A DNA stretch of 63,369 nt, counting the filler, from Rhabdomonas costata (lineage: Eukaryota): the NCBI GenBank assembly GCA_019059605.1. It is 56 parts of 56 records of this genome, joined end to end, with 100 filler letters (N's around TTAATTAATTAA, not from the genome) between each part and the next. Parts side by side here need not be neighbours in the genome. Positions count along the whole stretch, not along the records: positions 11,331 to 12,364 come from JAHMHO010032307.1; positions 12,465 to 13,498 come from JAHMHO010032308.1; positions 13,599 to 14,632 come from JAHMHO010032309.1; positions 14,733 to 15,766 come from JAHMHO010032310.1; positions 15,867 to 16,900 come from JAHMHO010032311.1; positions 17,001 to 18,034 come from JAHMHO010032312.1; positions 18,135 to 19,168 come from JAHMHO010032313.1; positions 19,269 to 20,302 come from JAHMHO010032314.1; 48 more parts are not named here. The stretch is one strand, 5' to 3'. The number at the start of each line of letters is the position of its first letter. Position 1 is the stretch's first letter. Below the pieces are notes generated by a model that saw only the letters and a list, made by a program, of their open reading frames with translations, was not told the origin of the DNA and did not search any database. Shown piece after piece: positions 12,167-25,905 of this stretch. The position numbers and the translations under genes were made by a program.

Positions 12167-14409
12167 TTACTGTTGATTTCACCGTACTGGCAGGATGCCT
12201 AATGGTGTAAAAAGACAAAATAATTAGGCTATATCTCTGGTACTGAAATCAACCGCTGTAATTTGAGAGAAACGGCACGCTGAGGCTCAGAAATCTGTGG
12301 TCAACTGTATCCTCATGGATCAGTCAACAGCGGAGGATAAAAAGACTTAAGTGCCCAAAACCACNNNNNNNNNNNNNNNNNNNNNNNNNNNNNNNNNNNN
12401 NNNNNNNNTTAATTAATTAANNNNNNNNNNNNNNNNNNNNNNNNNNNNNNNNNNNNNNNNNNNNGGTTGGGGTTGGTGTGTTTGGGGTTGTGGTTTTTCG
12501 GAGGTTCGTTGCTTTGAGCTTTCAAAGCTTGCTGGAAGGAATTCAGTTGGGTGGGACGCTCAAGGTCCTAATTGGTGGCCCCCGTTTTGGGGAGTTGTGT
12601 TTTTCATGGCGGAGGGCCCTTCCAAACATGGGTACATTTGGTGCACTTGGGCTTGGGTGTTCTTCACTTTCGAGCCCTAAAGCTGCTTAAAACTAAATCG
12701 GATCAGGATATTCCCCTTTCACCACTTACACAGAAAGCATTGGTGGTAACACAAGGGTATTTACGCAATCTTGAGGTTTTTCCAACAATAGCATTTATTG
12801 CTTTGTCGTTTGGTTCGGTTAAACGCGTATATTAATAATGCTCTGTTGCCAAAGGTGATCCTTTTTAGTTTAAAATTGAAGGCTTATTAAAATTGAAGGC
12901 TTATGAATAAAATTATTATGGTCGTGCATTTCACCGTTACTAGTTCGAGATGCCAACACACAAGATACTCCTTCTGACATGACTCTGAATTGGGTCCCCA
13001 AGGGGCATCATCGAGCCCAGACTTACTTCAACCGCCAATTTCCTTCACCTCCTCGGGAACCAGTCGCTGGTATACCAATTGCCCGGGCACCGGCCCCTTT
13101 TTTCTTCTGCAAATATGACTTTGGCACGAATCTTTTTAGAGTGGTGGTAATTCTCGAGTTTCCACTCAAACGCGCGCGCAAGCGAAATCGTGAACGTCTC
13201 ACCCCATCACCACCACGATCGACTCCCACCACTTTCGGATACTCAACAGCTTAATCACCGGAATTTCCGACATGCTTCACCCCACCAATAGGTAGCTTCT
13301 CTGCTGTCCCTGGAATACACCCACCTCTAACAGAACCTCAACCGGTCTTACAAACAATAGTTCCAGGAAAAGCTTCGGATTCAAGCCCTACTTAGCTGTA
13401 TCAACCAGACGACGATGATCTTCGACGATCCGGAAGTCCCAACCCTCCGCCGGTACCTTCATCACTTCAAACAACGGTTCCTCTGGACCCACAACCACNN
13501 NNNNNNNNNNNNNNNNNNNNNNNNNNNNNNNNNNNNNNNNNNTTAATTAATTAANNNNNNNNNNNNNNNNNNNNNNNNNNNNNNNNNNNNNNNNNNNNCT
13601 CTCCGTGTGAGGGGGTTACTTATACTTTACCAGTTCCCTCTGGTGTTTTTGCTTAGCAGCTGAAATCTACTGCTAGCTAAGGACTCGCCGATGGCTGGGA
13701 TGTGGCCGGACGAGTAGGACAGCATTTGTTTAGGGGCGAAGGCCAGCTTCGCCGACGCGGCTCCGGGGCGGGAACGTGACCTGGGGGGCCTTAGCTTTTA
13801 AACCATTCTCCCATTGAAACGTTGTCACCACAGGTAACCGTTACCACTTCATTCCCCCCCCCCCACCTCATGTTTTTTGTGGTCTGTTGCGATCGTGACC
13901 TCCACTTCTTCGAGCTTTTGCGCTTTTGATCGACAGATGGCTGTTTTCTCTCTTGTCCACCAACGGCATTAAAGCATCAACGTGCGATCTGTGCAAGGAT
14001 AATTGCGCTTGATAGAGAAGGCTTAGCCGAAGCCTCGGGTCTTTTTTCTTCCTCTCAAATCTCTCAAATCGCTGCGAGGCCGGTGGATCAGTTCAGATAT
14101 CGGATCATTCACATATGAATTCATCCGTTCAATAAATTCAATTCAATGAATTGAATCAGCGTCGAAGCGATACGTTTTTGTTGATCGACATTTTTCGTTT
14201 GGCAGCCTTGAAGGGAGTTTTTTTTCGTGTCCCGGAGGGGGCCCTTTCATCCACTATCACTCCTCCACTTTTTTCTTTCACGAATGACACCATCATTAAT
14301 CCGATCCACTATTAATACCGTAACGGTATGCCGCCCAAACCTGCTTTCTTTCTGTGGTTGTGCCTTCAGATGTGAGTCAGAGTTTGTTTTACTTTCCCTG
14401 GGGACTCAG

Positions 14410-14632
14410 GCTCATTGGGCAGGACCTCGCGGTCGTCCAGTGGGGAGCACTCGTGGAGGTCCTGGGGAAGTTCGGCCCACCCCAAGCCCGAGGGCCGCCG
14501 GGGCCCTACCGCACGCCCTGCCCCAGCCCAAGTTGCATCGCGCTGGTCTCGCAGTGCATGGCGCAGGACCCCATGTCTCGTCCCACAGCCTCCGCGCTTC
14601 TGCGGGAGCACCCCTTTCTGCGCCCCCCCACA
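14410..14632 (+). CDS. Protein kinase C-lobe exon (subdomains X-XI)
   Basis: After a ctcag acceptor: ...SPSCIALVSQCMAQDPMSRPTASALLREHPFL, a typical kinase subdomain XI. Confidence 0.7.
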
Positions 14633-15866
14633 NNNNNNNNNNNNNNNNNNNNNNNNNNNNNNNNNNNNNNNNNNNNTTAATTAATTAANNNNNNNNNNNN
14701 NNNNNNNNNNNNNNNNNNNNNNNNNNNNNNNNAACCATCTATCAGACAAACGAGTCACGAAAAAATCTCAACCATGTGCTCCTGGAAGCGTGGTTGATGG
14801 TTGTGACTTTGGTTGTCCTTATCGAGGTTACAAAGACAATCCGTAACATGAACGTTGACATTTGCTACAGGACAGTATCTTGTTGAACTTACTTCGTGGT
14901 ACTTTCTCATCATCATAATTTAATCCAGATTGACGTCCCTTTAATCCAACCAGGTATTTATTTCTATCTACTGTAAAATGCTCTCCAATTACATGTATAA
15001 ATACCACCCAAATCCACGGTGCATACATCAGCACAGAACAAAAAAGCAAAGGGCAAAAATAGTCCCATGCCACCTTGTAACTCTCAGGCAGAGCCACATG
15101 TGGCCAATGGGTGATGTCCGCCCATGCTTGGAGCGGCGACGCTCTGTCGCATCCGTTGCGCTATGGTGCTGGCCGTGGGTAGCTTCTTCGGCGCCAGCGT
15201 TGTCGCTGTCATAGGAAACTTCAGACTGCTTGGGCAAGGGCGCCGTTGCTCCCCCTCCGGAGAGGTTTGCTCCGCCAGCAGTTTCTCGAGGCTGGAATCC
15301 ACCTTGAGAGCTTCAAAGTTTTCACAAACCAGCTGTAAACGTAGATCGATGGAATTGCTATGGTCCCGCTGCTCCGCTGGAGCCTGCTGAAGTGGGGACA
15401 CAGCGGCTGACAGCGTCGCCTGTAGCTCAGCGAACTGCTACTGCAGGGACACGAACAAGGCACCTATATCCTGCGCGCCACCTGTGCCTAAGTGGCTGTG
15501 ATGAACCCGCGTAAACCGGCGGTGTAACCACGGGAGTTGGAGTGGCGGATATGGCGAAGCTCCCCGACAGGCGAAAAACGCGTCAATGGGCTGAGTGCGC
15601 CCCTTGGTGCGTGACTGACGTTCCATAGGAGGAGGAGGAGGACGAGAAGTGGAGGAGGATCCACGAGATGTCTGCGGCAGGCGCGTGGGATGGAGGCCCC
15701 TGGTAAAGCAAAAGGTGGCGAGGACTTGGCGTAGCGGCGGTGTGAGCGTGCTGAAACCACAACACCNNNNNNNNNNNNNNNNNNNNNNNNNNNNNNNNNN
15801 NNNNNNNNNNTTAATTAATTAANNNNNNNNNNNNNNNNNNNNNNNNNNNNNNNNNNNNNNNNNNNN

Positions 15867-16090
15867 GGGGTGTCCATGGCAAGATCCCCGCCGAAGGAGG
15901 AGGCGGTGGGGCGACCCAGGATGGATTTCGGGCTGGAGAACTTGGCCTCCCCAGGCCCGTTCGCAGAGGAAGACGAGGACGAGGAGGAGGAGGCGCCTAG
16001 CGCGGGGGGAAGCCCTGCCTCGTCGGAGGGCTCCTCTCCGTCGCTCGGGCCATCGTCGTAATTCGCGAGCAACGCCTGGAGGGCAGACAT
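15867..16090 (-). CDS. N-terminal exon, acidic/Ser-rich protein of unknown function
   Basis: ATG at 16090, GC-rich MSALQALLANYDDGPSDGEEPSDE..., open to the contig end. Confidence 0.5.
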
Positions 16091-17473
16091 TACTGCCTCT
16101 TCTTTACACAGCAGGAGGATGGGAGGATGGGGGGGGTTGGATCACGGCTCACAAAAACAGGAATTGCTTCATTTGGGGCAAAGCCACGAAGCTTTCTACA
16201 AGACCACTTCTGCGAAAGAAAGAATCGGTCACAGATACTCGAAAATCCATGCTTTTATGCTGATGCCATGCTGCATGAGATGATGCAAAGACAAAGCAGT
16301 TCCCGTCAAGAACGATCTGACAGCGGGCAACACCCACTTGCAACACATGAGGAAAGTTAGCCCACATGGGCAAAAGCAAGATCCCCAAGCACTTCAAATG
16401 ACCGATGCGCAGCAGGCGAGCCAAGCGTAAGCTGCCAGGGCTCAGCAACAGAGAGGCGAGAGAAAGACTCCAACACCCGCTCAAAAACTCAGAAACACGC
16501 ATTCATAAATACGGACAAGCACCATGGACATCCCTCTGGATTTACACACGCACAGGGACCAGAGGGAACATACACGAATTTCGACACTGCCCCATGCTCA
16601 GCAAACGCTGTAAGCCAGTTCCTTATCGAAGTCACTGTACTTTAGGTGGAATATTGAAAAGTGCAAAGAAGGAAGCCGCGCGCTGCTCAACACTGCTCAA
16701 CTGTCGGAGGGGTACATCAGAGAAGATGACCTGCCCAATCCTCCTCCTCCTTCTGAACAGGAGCACCAAGCAGCAGGTGCGACACAAACAGCACGTCAGC
16801 CAACTCGGATTTCAGTCCCCAGTCCTGGCTTTGTTTACCGTTCCCACGACAACAATTTCACTGCCGTGCATAGAAAGATGTCTTGCCCTCCATACGAAAG
16901 NNNNNNNNNNNNNNNNNNNNNNNNNNNNNNNNNNNNNNNNNNNNTTAATTAATTAANNNNNNNNNNNNNNNNNNNNNNNNNNNNNNNNNNNNNNNNNNNN
17001 GGGGTTGGTTGCTCTTTGTGCTGTTGGGCGTCCTGCTGGACCAGAAGACCTGTACAATGTTGGTATGGCCGCTTTCCGGCTGACCCCAACCCTCCTCTCC
17101 GTGACTTTCCTTTCCTAACTTTTGTCCGCTTTTTGCGCATTGCTTGCGGAGTGGTGGGTGTGCACTCGTCTGCTGTTCACAGGCCTCTCCTGACCCACAG
17201 TGGTTCGTCAGCTTCTGGTTCCAGGCCTGGCATACTTGGTGTGTGCATCACTCCGGCCCCCTGTTGGCGTCAACCTCTTTCTTGGAGCTCTTTCCGACCA
17301 AGTTCTGTGTCCCTTTATAGCACGGCATGTTATTTTGATGGCCTTGCAATGGTGTGCTGTTGGGGGGTGTATTTTGGGTTTTGATAGTCGTTATCAATTG
17401 ATACATACGTCCGATCGGGCCAGAAATCCCCTCACCTCTACGTGTCAGTTCGTATGTACAGCAAAACCTAACT

Positions 17474-17522
17474 ACCTGCCTACCCACTTACCCACCTGGC
17501 ATGGGTAAGTGGGTAGGCAGGT
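17474..17522. repeat. 21-bp perfect inverted repeat with 7-nt loop in a TACC/GGTA microsatellite-like tract
   Basis: acctgcctacccacttaccca (17474-17494) and tgggtaagtgggtaggcaggt (17502-17522). Confidence 0.85.
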
Positions 17523-19884
17523 TGGTGGGTAGGTAGGTAGGATGAGACGGGAGCCGGCGTCTCCGGATTTTGCATCGAATGGATGCAGAGTGTGCGTGGT
17601 TCCGTTTGGGGCGTTTGGTATGCAGGGTGAGCCCATTCTTCTCGGACCCTAACCTCCCGCTGCCATACAAGGTCACCCTGTGCTTCGCTATGGCCTTTGC
17701 GGCAGTGATGCTCAACACCGTGTGGATGGCCTACTGTGAGCCCCCGTTATTTTGGCCGGTGCGCTGTGCCAACCCCTCACTGACCCTGATACCGATAGCC
17801 TAAGGAGAGGAGACCGCTCTGCTCTCTTCGCAGTGTTTTAGAGTAGAACTTTGCAATTCTGCCTTCAAGAGTCCGTCCATTCGCCAGAGTTGTGCCAAGC
17901 CTTCGAACGCAGATGTTTTTTTGTATCAAAGTGGGGTGAGTAGAAGAGCAGATGCACCCTTTATTGAGAATATTTATTGAGATTTCTGAAGAAAATGGAG
18001 AGCATGGGCTCACGTGTATTAGACCCCCCAACCCNNNNNNNNNNNNNNNNNNNNNNNNNNNNNNNNNNNNNNNNNNNNTTAATTAATTAANNNNNNNNNN
18101 NNNNNNNNNNNNNNNNNNNNNNNNNNNNNNNNNNGTGGTTGGGGGGGACTTAAAAGCTACAGCCCCTCCTTTTAATGCTGCGTTTCGTTTCGTTTTATTT
18201 CGTCCTACCGAAGTGGGTCTACTTCCTCCAAAAGGTGAGCATTTCTTTTGGGTGAAAGCTGCTCACCAATGAGTCATCCAAAGTTGGAACGGTGGAACTT
18301 GCGCACAACAATTGGATTGGTGGTGTGTTTACAGTAGATCGAAAATTTGACTTGTCGACCACAACGTCCCTGATGTGTTTTCCCCCCGTCTACGGTCTGC
18401 GGAATATGGGCTTTGCACCGCAGGCACACATCCTCACTCCAGCGCAAAATAACAGAAAAACGTGCAGTAAGGAGTAGGCACCCAGCAAAGTCGCCAAAGC
18501 CTCTGGGGTCGGTCACCCACCCACACGCCCACACCTTTTCTTCGCATACAGCGAATTGGCGGCAGCGATCTTGGTGTCGTGCTTTGTTTTCAGCTTCACG
18601 TAATTCTCAATCATTCCTCGGACATTCTCCATGTGCGCACTGCACCAAAAAGACGAAAAGAGGTGAGAGAAAATCCCAAAACTACCCAGCAGCCCTTGCT
18701 CGAGGCTGGACATGCCCCTGAGCTTACTCAACTGCTGCATAAACGCTCCACCGGTATCTCGTGCATGGACATATATACATGGCAATAATAACCAACTTGG
18801 ACTCCACGGCACCACGGCAGTACCAGAGCGAGAACCTTCATCCAAACGTGATTTCAGCTAATGGGGGGGGGGGGTGAATCTCCGACGAAATCATCAAACT
18901 AAGTGAAAAATGAAAGGCACCCTTGAGGCAACTTTCTTTTGCTGGACACGTCATAAAAGATTGGGCCCTTCCGGCGACCTAACATGCCGGCTGGAGAAAC
19001 ATGATAACCGGAGACGGTACCTTTCCTCTTGAACTCCCACCGTATTATTGTGGTCAGCAGAGAACTGAAGCACCTGCAGTCCCGGTAGAGCCTCTTCTTC
19101 ATTGTCTTCCGCTGCGAGTCCTCCTTTCTTGCCCAGTGCTCCACAACCTAAGCAAACGAAGGGATCACNNNNNNNNNNNNNNNNNNNNNNNNNNNNNNNN
19201 NNNNNNNNNNNNTTAATTAATTAANNNNNNNNNNNNNNNNNNNNNNNNNNNNNNNNNNNNNNNNNNNNGTGGTTTTGTCGCATTTGGTGAGGGAGGAAAG
19301 GAGCGCATTTTGTGGGCACACCGCCGAGGCAGGGTTATGATCTTATGATCTCTTGACGTCGTTTACAGGTGCACGACAGCGTTGTTTAGCAAAAACAAAA
19401 GGGGGGGGGGGCTTTCCAGGCCTACGACTTCCCGGGGGGGCTGCAACTTTGCAACTTGCAACTTTGGCATTGTGATTTTGGTTTGAAGTAACAACCACAC
19501 TCTCATGTGTCGGCGTGACAATGGGCGAGGGTGACAAGGAATCACGAATCATTCTCTTTATTGTAAATTCGCTCTCCCTGCTTAGATCCTCACTGTTGAA
19601 AATCCGATTCGCTGACCAGCCAGGCCAGGGGTGAAACGACCGGTGGCAATGGGTCCCTCTCTGCAACGGCTGACGGACTCCCGCAGCAGCCGCAAGCACT
19701 TTGTCCAGCGGAAGATTTAAGAATTTGTGCAAAGCCAAGCCCCATAAAAAAACCATTTTAAAAAATCACGATAAATCATGGAAAGAATTCATGCACTGCC
19801 CAACAGCTATTCTGGTTTGGGGGAGTTCGCAAAATAACTGTTTGGGGAAATCTTTACGGAGTTCTTACGGCTGCTAATTTGCAG

Positions 19885-20216
19885 GTGAGCGGATTCGTGA
19901 GCTCGAGCATGCTCAATCTCACTGGGATTGTGTTGCACGGTGGCACTTGGGTGCTGTGCTACAAGCCTGCTTTTGGGGCTCAGTGGGCCAGCCCGCCACC
20001 GAACTTCACTGTCTCTGGCCCGGCATATTACACGGTCAATGGGACTGCCCCCGGGAGTGTCTCGGTGGTTACTGGGCACCAAGTGGCCTTGCAGATATAT
20101 GGGGTGGACCTCTCCTCGGCAGACTTTCTCGAGGTTCACCTCCTACCCCAAGGGCATTGCCCCGACGGCTCTCTGACCGCGACCACTCAAGTCGCAACCC
20201 AGGAGCTCACTTCAGG
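19885..20216 (+). CDS. Exon of a probable large extracellular/surface beta-rich protein
   Basis: ttgcag acceptor and gtatac donor. Sequence GTWVLCYKP...NFTVSGP...VALQIYGVDLS...C carries several N-x-T sequons. Confidence 0.5.
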
Positions 20217-20929
20217 GTATACACCCTCTTCTTCTCTTCGTTCTGCAATAGCAATAGCAATAGGATTTCTGTTTCAATTTCCACTCGTCAGGCCAACACC
20301 CCNNNNNNNNNNNNNNNNNNNNNNNNNNNNNNNNNNNNNNNNNNNNTTAATTAATTAANNNNNNNNNNNNNNNNNNNNNNNNNNNNNNNNNNNNNNNNNN
20401 NNGTTGGGGTTGAATCGAAGATATAAATGATATTTTAGCGTTATACCGGTATTTCGGTATTTGCCTAATTTGCCAATGTTTCCCTATTTTGGGCATTTTC
20501 GAGCACTTTGTGATCGTTTTAGGTCAAATTTGACTTTCTGGGGGCCTCCTGAAGACTTCAAAAGCGAGCAAGGGAAGGTCATGGTGCAAGAAGGAATTTC
20601 AGGGGGGGGGGTGTGTCTTAGGAGAGGATCCTTTTAATTTGAGTTTTGTCATTTAACATTTAATTATTTTCTTCTTCGTTTTTTCCATATTTTGCAGCAA
20701 CTACTTCATTTGCGCAATTTTGTTCTTTGTGTCTTTTGTTCTTTGTTCCTTATCAAAATGAAAAAGATCGCTACCTTGCTGTGACTACAACTTCCACTTT
20801 GACGACCGGAACAGCACATGCACACACAGATACATGTCCTAGTCATTTCCGTGGAGGGAAACGATTCAAAAAGGAAACGAGAGGCGCTTTAAGGTGTGCA
20901 AGCTGCGAAAGATGCACGCACAAACGCAC

Positions 20930-21148
20930 CTGAGGTCCCCGAAGAGCAACCGTCCGGGAGTCGCCGACGTTCGCCGACTGCACCGAGATGGAGTCCCCAG
21001 GCCGCAGCTCTCCGCCCTCCCGCGGGCCGCTCACCACAACCATCGTCGCTGTGCTGCCGCTGCCACACGCGGGATTCCGCTGGAAGAACTCACGGTCCAC
21101 TCGTTCAGCAGCGGCACTCCAGGCCTGCTCGCTCAACGGGTGCTTCGC
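20930..21148 (-). CDS. PP2C-family (PPM) protein phosphatase, internal exon
   Basis: VDREF...SGSTATMVVV...ANVGDSRTV motifs, with donor CAG|gtgcgt. Confidence 0.9.
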
Positions 21149-24100
21149 CTGTGCCGCCAGCACCCCCACTTCCTACCCCACCACTTCATCCTCCTGTTAT
21201 TACTGGTGTTCCATGATAACCAGAACAATCTGGATGGGAATTAGCTTGCTTGTGTTGCAGCTGTGTTGCAGTAGTTTTCAATGGGCCTGATTCCCGCCAG
21301 CATCGACTATGATAGCCCCCTCCCCGCTCACCCATTCGCAGACACAACGGGCACCTACGCTTTCAGTTTGTGAGGGGGTAAGCGAATCACCGCACAGGTC
21401 AGCAACGTGCTGGAGAGTTCGCTTACCCCCCCCACCNNNNNNNNNNNNNNNNNNNNNNNNNNNNNNNNNNNNNNNNNNNNTTAATTAATTAANNNNNNNN
21501 NNNNNNNNNNNNNNNNNNNNNNNNNNNNNNNNNNNNGGGGGTTTGTGTGTTTCCCAAATATGACTATCTCATGGAATGAAGTCAGTCCGCAGCGGGCAAT
21601 TTGAGGTTGTGACGGTTTTAAATAATACTGCTTTGCTGAGCCCTCTGCGCCGATAGTAGCCGACCTGGATTTTTTTTGCAGCGGTGTGCTGGGCCGTGGA
21701 CTGCTTCATTCACTCTTTAGGGTGTAAGTTGCTGAATTCTTGATCTCTGCTGTGGCCTCTTACAGGATGTCATCAGACCCCAGGCCTGGTGTACTTTCAC
21801 CACTCCAGTCTCACCCCGCAGTGGATAGACTGCCGCCTTGAGCTGGACTTCCAAGGGCAACGACGGGAGACCGAGCACGAGCGCTTTCTGGCGCACCCCT
21901 TGAACTGGTGTGATAGCTCCGCTCTTCTCATCACAACCTCCGCCAGTCCTCTTTCCGGGAATATGGGCAATCTAAAAACCGCGGGGGTTGACCAGAGATT
22001 CCGCCTTCGCCAAACAGATGGTGTGGTGTTTGATTCGTTACACTGCGCGCTGCAGTGCTTCCGGATTCCTGCGTGGTGGCTCGCACAGCACTGGGTGCAA
22101 TTGGGTGATGACAGCCGTGATGCAACCTGCAGAGCAATTTTTCTTTGACGTCGATGATTATTTGTGACTGTATCGGTTCCTCTGCGTACATTTTCAGGGT
22201 GGTGAATACTTACAATGGCTCGCTGGTGTCCCCTCTGTTCCCACAACGGCCGCTTCCTTTTCGGTATGCCCTCGCAACAGTTTACAGTTTACGGAGTCCA
22301 AGTTGGTAAAGGATATTTTATGAACGTATAATTAAGTTCTTTGAAAGAGACTTTTTAAAGCAGACGCAATTTTTTAAATGGCGAAGCCGAAGTAGGCCCG
22401 AGGTCTTTTCTATGTACAATGGGCCTCCCGAAACGCTGCGTGGCCGGTCCTTGCACCCTCAGGCAGGTACCCACCCGTGCCCCTTGGCGACCCTATCCTT
22501 AATTTTCCTTAAAATCGTGTGCCGCTTCCTTCCCCAGCGCAGCGGAGAGTTTATCGACGACACCCAACAANNNNNNNNNNNNNNNNNNNNNNNNNNNNNN
22601 NNNNNNNNNNNNNNTTAATTAATTAANNNNNNNNNNNNNNNNNNNNNNNNNNNNNNNNNNNNNNNNNNNNTTTTGTTCCAAAATCACGGAGGGATGGGTT
22701 AAAGGATGAAAACGGACCGTTCTTGCAGGTTTTGGGGGCGCTTCCCGTCTCTCGATATCTTGACACCTTTTAACCGAGATATTGCTGCTCCAGGCCTTTT
22801 TTGACCAGGGTATGCCGGGGTCACAGATTTATACACCTTTTTTGGCTCGATTTGGGGGTAAATATGGCCCAAAGGTAGTTGAAGAGGGTGTGGGGACGGT
22901 GGCAGTGGCGACCATAGAAGTGAGGAATTCTTGGGAGTACCGTGAGACACGGTCCAGTTTGTCCCTGGAGGGGAATTACGAACACACTAGGTGGTATTAT
23001 TTGCCTTCGTTTCTTTGTCACCTCCTGGAGGCCTGATGCGTGAGGGCAGGCCACCACTCCACCAATTCTTGAGGCAGAGTTTCGGTGCTGACACCTCATA
23101 CCCAAGTATCACGTCCTTTGCGCTTCTGCAGACACTTTGGCCGTTTTCTTGTGCTTGAAGGGCACTAAAATACCAGTCACACCCTTTTTGGTGTCGTTTT
23201 GTTGGGGTCGGGGGTGGCACACAATCCCGCGCGGCATATTTCAAGTGAAGCGTTGTCAGCCAGGACTCCGCGCGGTCCCTTCCTTTCTCCCACCGACATC
23301 CATAGACCCCGGCTCAAAAACACATTGAAACATCTACAGCGGCACCGGTCCGACGGCACAGAGTTCGCCGAGGGAGGAAAGTAGCAAGGCACTAAGCCCA
23401 TACAGATATGGGGCTGGCCCGAATGAGGACAAGCTGCCCCCAACAACCGCATCAAAACTTTTGATATAGTCCCCTAATTCAAATTCAGAAAGCATCGGAC
23501 GACTGAACACAAAAACAAATGTACACATCCAACCGCGAAAGAGAAGAGAGTGATCCAAAGAGATGCGGACACGCAGCAGGGGAGGAAGGAGGAAGTGACA
23601 CTTCACCTCCATAGCGGCTCGACTCCTTCCAGTAGAACCGGAAATCTCGTCGGGGGAGGGGGGTGAGTTTGACGAATGGTACAGTAAATCCGCCAACCAC
23701 AACANNNNNNNNNNNNNNNNNNNNNNNNNNNNNNNNNNNNNNNNNNNNTTAATTAATTAANNNNNNNNNNNNNNNNNNNNNNNNNNNNNNNNNNNNNNNN
23801 NNNNGGTTGGTGGGGAAGGTTGTCATTCGTGTGGGTAAGTTTTGAGCTGTGCAGCGGATTTTACGATTTGGGTGCCTCTTACAACAAGTCTTTTTTGTTG
23901 TGTTGGGGTTGCCCCTATACGTTTGGTCTGTCTGCATGAATGTACGAGGTAGCCCATAGACTTATGGGTGTTTTCGGAGCTGCAGAGCAGGGTTACATCA
24001 CTTGGCCCGATCCAACCTAGAAAGCACAGCAGCCCCATACCCGTACAGTTGAACAGCACGCTCGCTTTTGGATTGGGGGGGAGGGCGTCTCCACTGCCTG

Positions 24101-24941
24101 CCTGCGTCAGTTAGATATTGGCAATTAAAACGCGCAAGTGAGGCTGCAAAATATTCATAGGGTACACCAACAACACTTCATAACATAGGTCGATAGATCG
24201 GACCGATGACGACGTTTTGCCCGCGTCTTTCTGCCTCTTTTGGAGATGGAGGGTGGGATTCTCGTATGATATAGGTAAAGCGAAGCGAAGCAGAAGCAAG
24301 CAAATGTGTCCATAATTTCTCACAGTATATTACCTTCATCTCATCGCCGGTAGTTGTGGGGGACCCCCTCACACACATCGGGTTGCTGTATGTCACAATT
24401 CCATGCCGAGGACTGCCGGGGGTTTCGCCCCATCTGCCATGTTTGACCTTTAGGCAGCCTGTCTGCGGACTATACCGCACTATACCAGGGCACTCCTTTA
24501 TCCGGAGTCCCTCCCGGCCACAAGCCCTTGCTATGAGGGACCCTCCCTCCCCTTCATCCAGAATCAAGGCGACCAGCTTGGCTTTTTTCAGAGCGCACCC
24601 TTGTATTGCGCTGGTGTGCAGTTAATGCCTTCGGGAATCCCCGGGACCTCACACAATAGATCGGCTGAAAGCACGGCGGTGGCCCATGAATAGACCTGGG
24701 GTACCTTAGTCAGCTCCACAGGAACAGGTAAGTCGTCTCCCCTGCATACCCCCTGCAAAGCGCGACTTCGAGACGAATGTGCATCACTAAAACCGTTGCA
24801 GACCTTCTATTGTTGCCCCAGAAGACGCAAAACCAACCCCCNNNNNNNNNNNNNNNNNNNNNNNNNNNNNNNNNNNNNNNNNNNNTTAATTAATTAANNN
24901 NNNNNNNNNNNNNNNNNNNNNNNNNNNNNNNNNNNNNNNNN

Positions 24942-25905
24942 TGTTTGTTGTAGCATCTGTTGTAATTTTTGCCTCTGTTGCAGCATTTGTAAAACCAGAG
25001 CTGAAATCATTAGATGATTTTTTTACAGTTCCAGACCTACCAGTTTGTAAGAAGCAAGCTAAAAGATGAGTAATGTTACGTCCTCCATTTGGTAAAGTAA
25101 GTGTAAATGCTTCATTATTAGATGAGATTGTATGTACTTGAGAAAAGTACTGTTTAAGATGAATTTCATGAACCATATTTACAGGTGTTACATCTGTAAC
25201 ATAATAAAGCCACAATGAAATATCATCAACACCAACACCAATACTTGATATAGTTGAATTTGTACCAGTTGCAGAGAGTGGAATAACACCACCAGCTGGG
25301 AACGTCCCAACAACAGACAAAATCTCGTTTATCCAATTCGTGTTTACATTAAAATCAATTTCAACTTTAGTATGTGGTGGGATCCATTCATTAGATTGAA
25401 AGAGAGGAAAAGGTAAAGACCAAGTTAAAATCTGCTCTTGAAAGGTGTTTAGTAACAGTTGACATTTGTTAGCATAAGCAACACGTGCTGTATTACTAAT
25501 AGTATCAGCCAATGATTGAGGTATAATAGGATTTGTTGATTCAATGGTTTCTTGCATGCTTTTTGTGTCATAAATTGTTCTAAATAGAGTGTTTGTAGCT
25601 GATAATTCATTCATGTTAGAGATCATTTTATCATTTACCAAAACTTTACCAGTGGAAAAGAGCAGAGAGACGGGGTTTTTGGAAATGTAGGGAGTTCCAG
25701 CACTTGCTACAGTTTGTAAAGGTGTATGATTTCCTGAAGCATCAACTTGATCAATTCTGAGTTTCACAGCTAAAAAGCACTCACGCGGTTTACACCATTT
25801 ATTTGTTGGTGTTTTAAATGTAAATGGGATTTGACCCGAAAAATTGGACCATTGCACAGATTGACTAGACTTACAAACAACATATTCGTATCCTTTAGGC
25901 GCCAT
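24942..25905 (-). CDS. Putative double-jelly-roll major capsid protein of a Polinton-like/Maverick/adintovirus-type element, 3' truncated
   Basis: Intronless AT-rich ORF of more than 320 codons, unlike the host exons. Motifs IPFTF...WCKPRECFLAVKLRI, NPVSLLFSTGKVLVNDKMIS, LPFPLFQSNEWIPPHTKVEIDF, VDDISLWLYYV and ITHLLACF are collinear with Polinton MCP consensus blocks as I recall them. Confidence 0.75.

Noticed and set aside
12871-12904. 17-bp tandem duplication TAAAATTGAAGGCTTAT x2
   Set aside because: An ordinary slippage-type duplication with no associated element.
18150-18162. TTAAAAGCTACAG resembling part of a diplonemid spliced-leader exon as recalled from memory
   Set aside because: Only 13 nt match and the flanks do not continue the leader, so it is compatible with chance.
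21149-21232. In-frame TAA TAA and TAG upstream of the PP2C exon suggesting stop-codon reassignment
   Set aside because: An AG acceptor at 21150-21149 explains them as intronic. Long conserved exons (histidine kinase, bestrophin, SulP) contain no in-frame stops.
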